The position numbers and the translations under genes are program-made. The notes beneath the pieces are model-generated. The model worked only from the letters and a program-made list of their open reading frames with translations, was not told the origin of the DNA and made no database searches. Shown here one piece after another: positions 1-14,188 of a stretch of 64,000 bases of DNA; within the stretch, counting starts at the first letter, position 1; every line of letters starts with the position of its first letter. Source of the DNA: Octopus vulgaris (lineage: Eukaryota); the NCBI GenBank assembly GCA_951406725.2, contig OX597814.1:86118001-86182000 (forward strand). Reading direction: 5' to 3'.

Positions 1-230
1 TCAAAATCATTACAAAGCAATAATAGTCAGGGTCATTGTTCCTTCTTAAAAATTCAATACCTTGTTCCATGTCTTTGGAACTTCAATTCTCTGGAAATAT
101 GATTTTAAATTATTTGTTTCCTTCTTTCGTACTTTTTTTCCACTTTTTCTTGTGTTTATATCATTTAATTTTTTTCTTATATTAGTTTTATGTACTTGTG
201 TAACAACCATTCAACACACCAACCTCAATG

Positions 231-420
231 TGTTCGCTCGACATGCTAGAGATAGCAGCCAAATCTCACAGAAATCACATTTTTTCATCTTATATATGGG
301 AACACACGTGAACTAAGTATTCCTAAGTAAATTTTAAAATACGGGATAGTCACGACTGGAATGCTTTTGATAACAGATCTAATCAATGTGGGAAGATCTT
401 AGGCTAAACAAAGCAAAAAC
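231..420 (+). repeat. Dispersed repeat family D (old retroposon-like unit ending GCTAAACAA(CAA)n)
   Basis: Motifs GCTAGAnATAGCAGCCAAAT ... GGATRGTCACRRCTGGAATGC ... GGCTAAACAA recur in diverged form at about 28201-28380(+), 28470-28680(-), 38240-38290(+), 40265-40360(+) and 61340-61530(+). Confidence 0.55.
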
Positions 421-499
421 AATTACACAGCAGCAACTCTTCTGCTTAAATGCTACACGTCAATATTTGTTTCAGGTTACAATGAGTTCCTAAAGCAGA

Positions 500-715
500 C
501 ATTAGAACACAAAAATATTAACTAATCGCATTTGAATTTGAAAGTACAACGTACTGATTTCGGAGTAAAAAAAAAATCCTTGAGCAATGCAGACCATTTA
601 AAAGTAGAATAAAAAGCTGCGGTTTATGTACAGTTGGAAAGAATTAAAAACTATCAAGAATTTTGCAAATGGTCTAAATACAAGATAAATAACTTTACCA
701 AATACCGCCATTTTT
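500..715 (+). pseudogene. Penelope-like element (PLE) relic, C-terminal region after the GIY-YIG domain
   Basis: With small frameshifts it reads LTNRI(W)NLKVQRTDFGVK(W)KILEQCRPFKSRIKSCGLCTV..K...NGLNTR...KYRH. This matches the PLE C-terminal pattern W.IL...P....K.C.LC..EK...LN.R....CRH. Confidence 0.65.
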
Positions 716-1174
716 GCTAGAGTATCTTCCAAAATATTGGCTGTACACACCATCCCTAGTTTAAACGGATTAACACTTAATTATTACTCTCTTTGCTCTA
801 TAACCTGACGTACTTTAATATCATTATACTCAACAATTAAATCATTACTTTCTGGTTTTACCTATTCACTAATCTTCTTGTACTTAATATACCGTTGTCA
901 ACAGATTTTCTTGGTACTTTTCTTTCTATATCTTCTTTTATTCTTCTTATTTTCTTACATCAATTTCCGAAGGAAATAATCAGTATCTATCAGTGTCTAT
1001 ACGCAATGAGGTAACCCCTTGCTACATTTATACTACAGCAGGCAAAACCAGAAGTTGCTGTATACATATATATATAATATACATGGTTTTCTTCGAGAAA
1101 AAAACATTGAACCAGTTATTTTAGCTGTCCCAAAACATTTGACTTAAGTTGGAACTAAGAGTACCGTTGTCTAG

Positions 1175-1238
<64 letters not shown>

Positions 1239-1240
<2 letters not shown>

Positions 1241-1401
1241 CTCAGGAATGGTTATGTGGTAAAAAGCTTGGTTCCAACCACATGGTTCCGGGTTCAGTCC
1301 CACTGCGTGGTACCTTGGGGAAGTATCTTGTACTTTAGCCTCGAGCCGACCATAGCCCTGTGAGTGAATTTGGTAGACGGAAACTGAAAGAAGCCAGTAT
1401 A

Positions 1402-1462
<61 letters not shown>

Positions 1463-1668
1463 CTATGTTTGTATGTCTGTGTTTATCCCCCACCATCGCT
1501 TGACACCAATGTTGGTGTGTTTATGTATCCGTAACAATAACGGTTCAGCAAAAAAGTCCGATAGAATAAGTACTAGGCTTAACTAGAATAAGACCCTACA
1601 AAATAAGTTTGACAGAAGGTGGTGCTCCAGCATGGCAGCAGTCAAATGACTGAAACAAGTGAACGAAT
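1239..1668 (+). mobile_element. tRNA-derived SINE family A, near full length
   Basis: A-box-like TGGTTATGTGG and B-box GGTTCAGTCCC head, internal (GT)n, tail GGTGCTCCAGCATGGCxGCAGTCAAATGACTGAAACAAGT; many homologous copies in the window. Confidence 0.9.
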
Positions 1669-2054
1669 GTGTGTGTGTGTGTGAGTGTGTGTGCATTACA
1701 ACGTTAAAGGCACAGAAACACAACACCGCTATTCTAGCGTAACTGACTCGAGACCTTTTTCATTCGGATTATGTGTTACATTTTTCTAAACTAAATTGTT
1801 TTTTATAACGTTTAATATCATTTATATTACAATATTAGTCATCCACACACACATCCACACACACGGAGAGTGTCACTAAAGAGGTCGCAGACGTGTGACG
1901 AAAGATTTCCGGACATTGGACAGGAGTTAAAATAAGAACAGTAATAAACAAGTGAAGAAGGAATATATAGTGCGTGTGTTTATTTAGCAAAAAAAAGTGA
2001 CCATCCCGTAATACAATAATATATAAATTGCTGCTACCCACCTTGATTATTTCA

Positions 2055-2471
<417 letters not shown>

Positions 2472-2751
2472 TACATAGTTGAAAATATCCTAGTTTAGAG
2501 ATACAGACATTGTAACATGTCTTAAATCATGTAGTTTGCTCGTCGTATAAGAAAGAAAAATTACTGTAAGTAAACAAACATAGAGAATCTTAAAGCACAC
2601 ATATACTGCTTTTAAAAATTGCACCATGCAAAGCTATCAACAGCACATTTTCCACCATTTTTCTCCTCCAAAGCCTCGCTTTCGGCAACAACATTTCACT
2701 TGACAAATTGGCTTTATCTGACAGCGAAACTTAATACAGAGACTTGCTATT

Positions 2752-2827
<76 letters not shown>

Positions 2828-3372
2828 CTTCTTTTATCATTATGTTTCGCTTCTGTTTGTTGTTGATGTTCTGTACTTGTTTTTATTGTTCTTAATGTTC
2901 CTTAGCTTTAGCTTTCTAATATTCTTGTATAAATATGTATATTTTTTCTCTATCGTTTATCGTTCAGCTTTTCTTTTTACTTTTCATTTCGTTACTTTTT
3001 TCTTTATTTATTTACTTTATGCTTACAATTTTTTATTCATATTGCTATATATTTGGAATGTAGTTTTTTTTTGCTTGTTGTTATGTTGTTAACTTTATTG
3101 TTTGTTGTTCATACATATATATGTGGTTTATTTTGCATCGTGTATTTTTTTTTTTTGCGTAAGGAAATTTATATCGAATATTATCATTAATACCTTGAAC
3201 GATATTACTACTACTACCAACACTACAACTACTACCAACGCTACAATTACTACTACAACTACCACTACAACTACTACTTCGACAAATATTTTGACGATAT
3301 TTTTATTTCCAGTACTGCTATTATTGCTACTATATGTATGCATGTAGATATAATGTGTATATATACATATAT

Positions 3373-3710
3373 AGCGCAGGAGTGGCTGTGTGTTAAGTAG
3401 CTTCCTTACCAACCACATGGTTCCGGGTTCATTCCCACTGCGTGGCACCTTGGGCAAGTGTCTTCTACTATAGCCTCGGGCCGACCAAAGCCTTGCGAGT
3501 GGATTTGGTAGACGGAAACTGAAAGAAGCCCGTTGTATATATATGTGTCCCTCCCCCCCCCCAACATCGCTTGACAACCGATGCTGGTTCGGCAAAAGAG
3601 ACCGATAGAATAAGTACCAGGCTTACAAAGAATAAGTCCTGGGGGTCGATTTTCTCGACTAAAGGCGGCGCTCCAGCATGGCCGCAGTCAAAGTAAAAGA
3701 GTAAAAGAGT
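3373..3710 (+). mobile_element. SINE family A with internal deletions
   Basis: Same head and core as the 1239 copy; (GTAAAAGA)n tail. Confidence 0.9.
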
Positions 3711-3804
3711 ATATATGTTGTGTGCGTGTGTATGTGTGTATGTCGGTGTCTGTGTGCATGAGTTCGCGCGTGTTTGTATGTATATTTATACATATAAATG
3801 TATG

Positions 3805-3835
<31 letters not shown>

Positions 3836-3876
3836 GCATGTACATATGTATACGCATATATTCATAGTCACAAATA

Positions 3877-3921
<45 letters not shown>

Positions 3922-4893
3922 GTACGCACGCATTCATGCATGTATGTACGTATGTATGCATGTGTGTATGTATGTATGTATGTATGTATGTATGTATGTA
4001 TGTATGTATGTATGTATGTATGTATGTATGTATGTATGTATGTATGTATGTATGCATGTATGTATAGTATTTGTGTTTTCGAGCTGAAGAAACGCAATGT
4101 ACTGATTACGCACCTGCTAAAAGAGAATGGAATCTATTAAACTGTTTGTCGGTAAAACGAGATCAATTCTTCATACCTGATTCTTTTTCGCTGTGTTGAC
4201 TGTACTTGTCGATGAATCTGTTTAGTTTCACACTTATCGATGAGTACAGCTAATTGTCGAAAACCGTATGAAACCTTAGGTATAAGGAAACAATGTTGTT
4301 TACCGACGCAGTCGAATATAGGCACAAATACATACATACACTAGACTACCTTAACAGCAATACGGGCCCCTAAGTGCTTATTATACTAGCAGCCACCACC
4401 CCCACACCGATAACATCAACAGCAACAATAAATATAACAGCAGCAGCATCAACAACAAACGCAACATCAACGGAAGTCACAAGAACCACTGCAACAACAG
4501 CAATAATAAGGATGTCATAGTAGCTACCACGAGAAAACAGTCACAACAATTGAAACGGTTAAAGCAAGCATTTCAAGAACTACAGCAACCACAGCAAAAA
4601 CGGACCAACAAATGTGCTTCTACATAGTAGATAGACTTGCTAGAAAGAACAACTAAGATCTACAACTACAACTGCTCCTACTACAGAGTAATCACACATC
4701 AATCTACACTACCACCAACACCAAAAATAACGGATAATGTAAAAGTTCTAAAATTTGTGTAAAATTTGAGTCTTTGACGCAGTATGATATTTGGTGCCAA
4801 GGCATGGGTACTATCATAAAAGCCACTACGGCAAATACCACTAAGCAGCTAACTCCCCTACTAATATTTCAATAGCCACTTTTACAGCAAATA

Positions 4894-5467
4894 TTTTAGT
4901 CGCTATAACTATAACTACGGCATCACTTAACCGATGAAGAACAGAATAAATCAGTTTGAGTTATTTGATCTAAATTCGGATTCTGCCACGGTTGACCTTG
5001 CTTATCATCTATCGAGATCGATAAAATAAAGTGACTGTCCAGAATGGTGGATTGGCTGGATTTTTGGAGCGTCGAACGAGATGGATGCCTTGCAGTATTG
5101 GTTCAGGATTTTGTGTTCTGAGTCCAAATTTTGCTGTTATCTACTCAGTTTGTTACCCTGTTAAACACCCAAACTCTGGCACCTGTGTGTCTTCAGTGGA
5201 GTTCGCTCTGTTGCCAGAATCATAGGGTCAGGTATTCAGTTTGAGGATAATTTCTAAACTTCATACAACTAGTTTTGAAAGCTCTGAAAGTTTCATTCAT
5301 ATTGTCCTTCCCTTTTTGATTAAAGAACATGAAAAATTAAAGGGTTCTGATTTTATTATAAAAGTACCGGTGCTTCGATAACAAGGACACAAACAGAATA
5401 TATAACTGCTACTGCTACAACTACTTCTACTACTATGCTGCTACTACTACTACTGCTGCTGCTGCTG

Positions 5468-5518
<51 letters not shown>

Positions 5519-5991
5519 TAACGACGAGAACGAAGAAAAGTATCAGACGAATACAGTTAAGCTGTTAACACAATAGTGTTTGATGCTAGTCCTTCCAGGA
5601 TCCTTTATACATAAATTAACGCGTATCTCTTCCTTTGTTCGCTCTTGGGACGAGAGACTTAAAGCTTTCAACATCTCCCAGTAGTTCAGTTGATTCATTG
5701 AAGTAATGGCCTTTGGACAGGACTGTAGTGTTAGATTGTTTCAAGTCTAGTCGTGAGTCTAACACTATGACAATGGTCCATTTCAGCCGCTATAACTATA
5801 ACTACGGCATCAATCAACCGATAAAGAGCAGAATAAATTAGTTTGAGTTATTTGACCTGAATTCGGATTCTGCCACGGTTGACCTTGCTTATCATCCATC
5901 GGGAGCGATAAAATAAAGTGGCTGTCCAGAACGGTGGATTGGCTGAATTTTTGGAGCGCCAAACAGGATGGATGCCTTGCAGTATTTGTTC
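4894..5991 (+). repeat. Local direct duplication of about 210 bp (4894-5104 and 5781-5991)
   Basis: Both copies run CGCTATAACTATAACTACGGCATCA ... GATGGATGCCTTGCAGTATT with scattered substitutions. Confidence 0.9.
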
Positions 5992-6555
5992 TCCTGTGAC
6001 TTCGTGATTCGCTGGTGACGAAATAAACGAATACTAGCGCATTTGGGGATCAAATATTTAAGTTGATGGTACACATTGCACGAAAAGTTAAACAAAACTG
6101 TTTCGAAGTTTAAAATAAAGAAAACTATTACAGAAAACTATTGCTTACTTTGTTTTATTCGTCCTACACGTGTAGAACAAAATTAAGACTTAAACGTTTT
6201 CAAGACACTCAAGCAGTAGTGTATTTTCTCTAATCTTGACTTGTACTATTTTAAATCTATAGTGCACGCAGACGCTTCTAGTAGTGCACTATTTGGAAAC
6301 TAATGTTCTAATGCATGGCCATTACTAAGAGTAATAATCTAAACATTTGAAAATAAATATTTGATACAGATATAATATGAGACAATACGACTTCTAGTTC
6401 AAAGAGGCGTTGTGTAGTGATTATAAATGTTATGAACATGAGGGCGAGGGTTCAATTTCTGGTATGGAAGGTGCATACTTTCTTTCTTTTTTTTTTTTTT
6501 TTTTTTTGGTAAGTTACCTCATTCTTTGCTTCTGCAGTCTATTCAGATGTAACAA

Positions 6556-7143
6556 GGCGGCGAGCTGGCAGAATGATTAGCGCGCCGGACGAAATGCTTA
6601 GCGGTATTTCGTCTGAGTTCAAATTCCGCCGAAATCGACTTTGCCTTTCATCCTTTCGGGGGTCGATTAAATAAGTGCCAGTTACGCACTGGGGTCGATA
6701 TAACCGACTTAATCCGTTTGTCTGTCCTTGTTTGTCATCTCTGTGTTTAGCCCCTTGTGGGTAGTAAAGAAATAGGTATTTCGTCTGCCGCTACATTCTG
6801 AGTTCAAATTCCGCCGAGGTCGACTTTGCCTTTCATCCTTTCGGGGTCGATTAAATAAGTACTAGTTACACACTGGGGTCGATATAATCGACTTAATCCG
6901 TTTGTCTGTCCTTCTTTGTCTCCTCTGTGTGTAGCCCTTTGTGGGCAGTAAAAAATTAAGAAACGTTAGCACGCCGGGCGGTATTTCGTCTGTCTTTATG
7001 TTCTGAGTTCAAATTCCGCTGAGGTCGACTTTGCCTTTCGTCCTTTCTGGGTCGATAAATTAAGTACCAGTTGTGGACTGGGGTCGATCTAATCGACTGG
7101 CCCCCTCCCCAAAATTTCAGGCCTTGTATCTAGAGTAGAAAAG
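6556..7143 (+). mobile_element. Nested or compound cluster of three SINE family B units
   Basis: Head GGCGGCGAGCTGGCAGAA and core GTCGACTTTGCCTTTCATCCTTTCGGGGTCGAT.AA.TAAGTACCAG present three times; direct repeat GGTATTTCGTCTG at 6603-6615 and 6775-6787 flanks the innermost unit. Confidence 0.88.
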
Positions 7144-7658
7144 TTTATTCCGATGTAACACGTACCAATTGGGTACTGGTACATCTCTCCTCTCTCTTTC
7201 ACTTCTTGGGTCTTGGGTCAAAAGTAACGATGTCCGAGAGGCAAGATCAAGTTTCAGGAAAATTTTCATAGCATTTGCGCAGAAAGAATTTAGGCCCCTT
7301 TCCTTATTGACTTCGGTTGCATGTTGCTGAAATTTGATATTATTTGTAAAACAAGGGTTTAGGGTATTGCTGTGTTTAGTTGGATAGATGATCACTTGCA
7401 CCATAAACATCTTAGTGAGATGATTTCATTTAGTTTTGCTCAGGTGGTGATATACCTGGACAAAATGTGTATTTCTGATCATTTGAGACTGTGAAAATTA
7501 AAGTCTCTCAAAAAATTGAAAATGGTGATTTGATCCAGTTTAGTTAATATTGCTATCTTCTTGAGTCTCTACTCAAATACATGATAGCAGACACCTAGCG
7601 GATGCTGTCTACTTATCATCCACCAGATGTCTGTTATCGTTGCACAATATATAAGTTA

Positions 7659-7875
7659 AGGCGGCGAACTGGTAGAATCGTTAGCAAACGGAGCAAAATG
7701 CTTAGCGGCATTTTGTCCGTCTTCACGTTCTGAGTTCAAATTCTGCCGAGGGCCTACTTTGACTTTCATCTTTTCAAGGTCGATAAAATAAGTGCTAGTG
7801 AAACACCGGGGTCGATATAATCAATTGATTCCCCTTCATGAAAACTGCTGACCTTATGCCAAAATTTGAAACCAA
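7659..7875 (+). mobile_element. SINE family B, diverged
   Basis: Homologous head and core. Further copies at about 10653-10825(+), 15418-15545(+), 29270-29475(-), 29520-29710(+), 41355-41545(-), 42770-42975(-), 44390-44610(-), 46610-46730(-), 51345-51460(+), 56260-56410(-) and 56440-56630(-). Confidence 0.85.
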
Positions 7876-8099
7876 TATATACATTTGTTGTACTGCTTTA
7901 CATGTCCTATTCATGCATTACGAACAGAGTGTGAGGGTGATAACAGCGCTAGAAGTATCACCTTCATGTGAATTCTAATGTAATATATTTCATTCTTGTT
8001 CGTACAAAAGAAGACATTCAATATATATATATATATATATATATAGTTACAGACAACAAACCAAAAGTGTTCGACGATACTATATATATATTATATAAA

Positions 8100-8252
8100 A
8101 AAAAAGACAAGACAAAAAATTGAACAAGAACGTAACATTGGGAGCTTTCTATCGTCGGGCAAGTTCCAGATCGCCGTTGCAGTTTCGGCCGGTTACACTC
8201 GAGACTACTCTAATCTGGCTGGCCCCAAGAAAATCTAAGTTAAGACCACTAG

Positions 8253-8255
<3 letters not shown>
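8100..8255 (+). repeat. (TA)n-embedded repeat family G (second copy about 14188-14420)
   Basis: Shared CAAG..CCAGATC...GCARTTTCGGCYGRTTA...YGAGAYTRCTC...AAATCTAAG..AAG..CAYTAGAT in both copies. Confidence 0.6.
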
Positions 8256-8283
<28 letters not shown>

Positions 8284-8395
8284 TGTATGTATGTATATAT
8301 ATATATATATATATATAAATGCATATATATATATGTGCATATATATATAAATATATATATATGCATATATATACATACATACATACGCATATATT

Positions 8396-8613
8396 GGTAC
8401 AGGACGCCACCAACAGTAAACAACATGAAATACGAAAATAAATGAGTTCAATACGCAAACAACGAGAAGAACAAATGAAAAACAGGACAGGTAACTCAAA
8501 GAACGACACTTCATTGGTTGTCGACTGTCTATCTACTCCTCATTTCGAGCATTGAACGACAATATGATTCTTAGAAGACAGCTGCTCCCATAAATGCCAA
8601 AATAAAATTTGGG

Positions 8614-8618
<5 letters not shown>
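8396..8618 (-). repeat. (TA)n-embedded repeat family E (second copy 13935-14133, plus)
   Basis: Reverse complement aligns with 13935-14133: GGAGTAGAT...GACAAC..ATGAAG..., a T-rich tract, and the end GTCCTGTACC abutting (TA)n. Confidence 0.6.
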
Positions 8619-8689
<71 letters not shown>

Positions 8690-9039
8690 CATATATATGT
8701 ATATATATATATACACGCATACATACACTCCTATACAATCACGCACACACATATTTATAAAATATTGTATTTAGTATCTGTACATATATATATATATATA
8801 TATATACATGCATACATACATACATACATACATACATACATACACTATTCTACATAGAGATATAATCTACGGCATTAAGTCATTATATGCAGGCATACAG
8901 ACACACTGAAAATACATACGCACACGCATGCACACGTATTATGGCATAGCACACATACACGCACACATATTATAGTATATATATGTATATAATATTAATA
9001 AAATACAGAGAACATGGTATCTTATGCTATGTACACGTG

Positions 9040-9070
<31 letters not shown>

Positions 9071-9338
9071 CTTTACACGTGACATGCGGTGTATAAGTTT
9101 GTTGTGTGTTTATATTCCCTATCAGTTTTTGATTGGTTATATAAAACAATATAGATTGTAATTGGTGATAATAAGTAAAATTACAATTTCTTTCTTTCTG
9201 CTTTTACATATAATTCATTTTATTTTTCTTTGTGTGTGTTGTGCAGAATGTTTTTCTGTGTTGAAAGATGTGATGTATATTTAGATAAGACGAAACACTC
9301 AGTAACTTGGCTGTTTTTCTCTTATATTTTCGTTTCTG

Positions 9339-9397
<59 letters not shown>

Positions 9398-10189
9398 TAT
9401 ATACTACACACACTTTTATATTACGTAATAATATATCTAATTTATTATATGGGAAAACATATTTTTATGCTTAAAACGCATTTAATTTTCGCAGTAGTTT
9501 AATTTTATAATTAAAAGAAAAGAATGCCAAATTGTTGGTGACTGTGTGAGAGAGAGAGAGGGGGGGGCGAATGGAGAGAGAAAGAGAAACTCCATGAGGG
9601 AGAAAAAGGGAGAGAACTAGAATGTGATGAAAGAAAGAAAGGCGATGAACGGAATAAAAGAAAGGAAGAGGTAAATGAAACTGAGAGGTGTGTCAGAAAG
9701 TGCGTGTGTATAAGAGAGAAAGAGAGAGAGAGAGAGAGAGAGGCGGACAGACAGACAGACAGGCAGAGTGCTGTAAAACAAGAAATTAAACTAAGTATGT
9801 GTGAAACATACTTTTCGACTACATGACCTCGTTATATCCCCAATGCAATTTCTTTGGTCAGTTTGATATGCAACAGTATTTGACGGTTTTTAAAGGACGC
9901 ATGCTTACAACTGGCTCTCAGCTTGACAGAAGTGGGCGTCCCAGACCCTTTTTTGAACTACCTCTTAGCAGTAACCTAAAACCAGGCTCTGTAGATATTA
10001 AATCAGACATTTGTAATGATTAAAAATCTCACCTTACACAACGTTAAATATGGCATATAGTAAACCTATAATAGTAGTCTTGAATAGGACGGGTTTAGTC
10101 AACGATGCAAGAGAAATGTTCGTCCAGTGTCCATAAAGGAAAATAGATGAAAAGTGTCATTAAATGGAAGACATTTTAGAAGTATGCTC

Positions 10190-10281
<92 letters not shown>

Positions 10282-10306
10282 TCAGACATACACACATACA
10301 CACACG

Positions 10307-10338
<32 letters not shown>

Positions 10339-11338
10339 AATTTATATAAATATAAATATATAAATTTATTTAAAATACCGATCATATCAAGTGGCTAGCA
10401 TGGAAATAAAAACCTCATAGGTAATAATTATTATTAAAATTATAATTAAGTGTATCTAAAAGATACCACCATATATATATATATCTAAAACATGAAACAA
10501 GAACGCAACAGACGACAGTAAAACATCCGGACAAACAGTTTCTTCATCTTTCTGATTTCTGATTTCCAGCGCACACTATTGAATTCGTTTGCTTTCCCCT
10601 CAGACTTATTTATCAGCAACAACAAGAATAAAAAAATTTTTAACCGCAAGTAAGGCGACGATCTGACAGAAATGTTAGCACGCCGGGCAAAATGCTTAGC
10701 GCCACTTTACGTTAAGTTCATATCCCGTCGATGTCGACTTTGCCTTTCGTCCTTTCGAGGTCGATAAAATAAGCACCAGTCGAGCACTGTGGTCGATGTA
10801 ATCGACTAACTCACTCCCACAAATGTATATTACTGCTCTCAAATCGCATTGCATTCCATTTAAAGTTTTGAAGCTTTTCATCTGCTTTTCACACTATATG
10901 TGAAATTTATTCACAAACTAAATGTGCGGGCGTAACTTCAAATTCCAGCCAATAGAAATTTTATAATAAATTTAACTCTACTTTTGTTAAATGCTCCGTT
11001 ATAATCCTTAAACTAGTTATAAAATAATAGCCTCAATTTAAAATTTATATTTCGATCTAAAATTAACAAGATTAGTTACTATTCGTAAATTATAAACACA
11101 TGTATAATATATATTCATATGCACATTGTTACTCATACACTTAGGAACAAATAGTAGGCTTCAAAAAAATAATGCACCCTGGCGTTGAATGAATGGTTCG
11201 ACAAAAACACTTCAAGGCGGTGCCTCAGCGTGGCCGCAGTCAAATGACTGAAACAAGTAAAAGAATAAAAGAATATACATACATACATATATACATACAT
11301 ACATATATATATTATAAAATATATGTAATAAAAGAACA

Positions 11339-11411
<73 letters not shown>

Positions 11412-11495
11412 TTCCTTTCAAGTTTAACCATGTGCAACATGTACAACTGTGTTTCCTGTTAGCAAATGAAATATGAGTCATTTTCGAACCTTGAT

Positions 11496-11583
<88 letters not shown>

Positions 11584-11818
11584 TGTATGTGTGTAATGCG
11601 GTCACTGAATTCGTGGACGAACGGGACGATTATCATGTCGTCAGGCTGATCGCATGCTTTCGTTTTGTCAAAAAACGACCAGCCATGTTGTATATATGAG
11701 TGAGAAAAGTTGCTTGGAAACAGCAGCCTTGATGCATAAGCTTGTCAGTTTATTGTGTTTCCGCGGCATGAAACTAATAGTAGCTCTTATTTAAATATTG
11801 CATATATTAAATTATATA

Positions 11819-12001
11819 CGAGGGGCGCTGAGAAGTTCCAGGATATAAAGGTATCCCGAAAGTACTGGTTGAACAACCTTCTGAGTGCTTTTACAGGGCT
11901 TAGAAAGGCTAAAGGATCTGAGAGGGGAATATGTCGAATAATTAACTGTTCCTCCTGTACTTCCTTTTACCCAAAGCCAGGAACTTTTCTGTACCTCCAC
12001 G
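11819..12001 (+). mobile_element. Mariner-derived MITE, copy 1
   Basis: TA|CGAGGGGCGCTGAGAAGTTCC ... GGAACTTTTCTGTACCTCCACG|TA imperfect TIRs with TA TSD; homologous to three other copies. Confidence 0.8.
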
Positions 12002-12127
12002 TATGTGTTTCACTGGATGGAGTACATATATTTTAACCCACCAGTAAAGGAACAGTACATTTGTGCGTGTGCGCGCGCGTGATGTGTGTTCAGTAAGACA
12101 CATACACACATATATATATATATTATT

Positions 12128-12391
12128 TATTAATGCGCTCTTTTCAAGCCTAGCAAGGCTCATGGGCCCGGTTTCCCGGTATGTGTTCACCCCAGCTGGA
12201 CGGGATGTCAGTCCATCGCAGCGTTACTCAAGAAACAGGAAGAGAGAGTGAGAGAAAGTTGGGGCGAAAGAGTACACCAGGGGTCATCACCACCCCCTGC
12301 CGGAGCCTCGTGGTGTTTTCGCTCAATAAACACACACAACGCCCGGTCTGGGAATCGAAACCGCGATCCTCTGACCGCGAGTCCGCTGCCC

Positions 12392-12392
<1 letters not shown>
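12128..12392 (-). mobile_element. tRNA-derived SINE family F
   Basis: Minus strand has a B-box-like GTTTCGATTCCC head and tail GATGGACTGACATCCCGTCCAG...GAAACCGGGCCCATGAGCC, shared with 27981-28200. Confidence 0.75.
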
Positions 12393-12422
<30 letters not shown>

Positions 12423-12433
12423 TCTATATTATT

Positions 12434-12482
<49 letters not shown>

Positions 12483-12580
12483 AATTTGTTAGTTGTGTAT
12501 ATGAATCTCCACATTTTGAACTAGGTACAAAGTAAACATGTATATGTGTGTGTGCATGTGTATGCGTGCGTTTCCCTCAA

Positions 12581-12654
<74 letters not shown>

Positions 12655-13219
12655 TGTGTGTGTGCTTGCGTGTTAACGTACGTGAAACAGTCGATACAGG
12701 CAACAGTTTCAATAAAGATATGATGGATGTGCATGAGACAGTTGAGAAGAGGGCAGAAGTATTTAAGTAAAGTTGACGAAAAAAATGAGACACGTGGTTG
12801 ATGAAATATCGTTTGGTTGAAAAGTGCTATACGTGAACCAAATAAATCTATAGTGAGAGGTGTCTTCTACATGATAAATATGACACTAATGCAGTAAAAG
12901 TGTGTGACATTACAGTTGATGATGTATGGGTCGTTTGTATAAATAGAGATGCTCTTCTTACGCATGGAGTCTGAGAACCAAACAGCATACACAAAACGTA
13001 TGCGCATGTCTAAGTGTGTGTGTGTATGTGCATGCATGTATATATATATATATATATATATGATATATGCATACATACACATGTTTTTACAAATATATTG
13101 CATATATTTTGTGCTTGCTGTCTAAGAAATACTTGTCAATATTTCACGAGAAATATTAAGTAACTTCATACACACACACACACACACGCACACACACACA
13201 CACACACTCACACACACAT

Positions 13220-13485
13220 GCATGGTTAAGGTGTTCGTCTTACGATGGCATGGTCGCGAGTTCGATTCCTGTCAGCGCGTAGTGTCCTTGAGCAAGGCAC
13301 TTTATTTCATGTTGCTCCAGTCGTCTCAGCAAGGAAAAATGAGTAGTACCTGTATTTCAAAGGGCCAGCCTTGTCACATTGTGTGTCACGTTGAATCTCC
13401 CTTTGAACTATGTTAAGGGTATACGTGTCTGTGGGGTGCTCAGCCACATGCACGTTAATTTCATGAGCAAGCTATTCCATTGATA
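13220..13485 (+). mobile_element. tRNA-derived SINE family C
   Basis: GAGTTCGATTCC B-box, core GTGTCCTTGAGCAAGGCACTTTATTTCA.GTTGCTCCAGTC, and a tail shared with the 23632 and 44040 copies. Confidence 0.85.
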
Positions 13486-13851
13486 TACACATATATAAAA
13501 AGCCTTTATGGACAGGCTTAATCGATTTTCTAGCCTTATTGGGTTCTCATCAGCGGTGTTTACATCTCTTAATCAATTCCAGGCTTTACAAGAAGCCAAT
13601 CTGTTGATATAAATTTTTTAAAAATCGAGGCGCTTCAGAGAAATGGAATGACTAATTTGCATATTATAAGTATTTAATACGGGTATCTCAGTCCAAACAG
13701 TATCAAGATATGATATTATATATATATATATTATATACTCTCTCATGCACCAGATGGCAATTGCTAAAAAGCACTCGTGAAGTAAAATCTTATAGCAACA
13801 CCAAATGACGGTGCCCCAGCATGGCCACAGCTTGTGAGCTGAAACTAGATA

Positions 13852-13924
<73 letters not shown>

Positions 13925-14131
13925 TGTGTGAAAGAGAGCCTTCGTAACGCGGAGTAGATGAAACAGGGACAACTGATGAAGGGGAATATTCTTTATGTAT
14001 CATGTCTCGTTTCTGTGTTTGTTTTGTTTTTGTTTTTTTTTTCGTTGTTCGAAAAAAAGTTCTTTTCCCATGTTTTTGTTTTTATGTTGTCGTTTCTCAT
14101 TGTGTTCAACGTTTTTTTTAATGTCCTGTAC

Positions 14132-14188
<57 letters not shown>

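Noticed and set aside
7117-7410. 97-aa minus-strand ORF in unique sequence
   Set aside because: No recognisable motif, and it ends inside a SINE.
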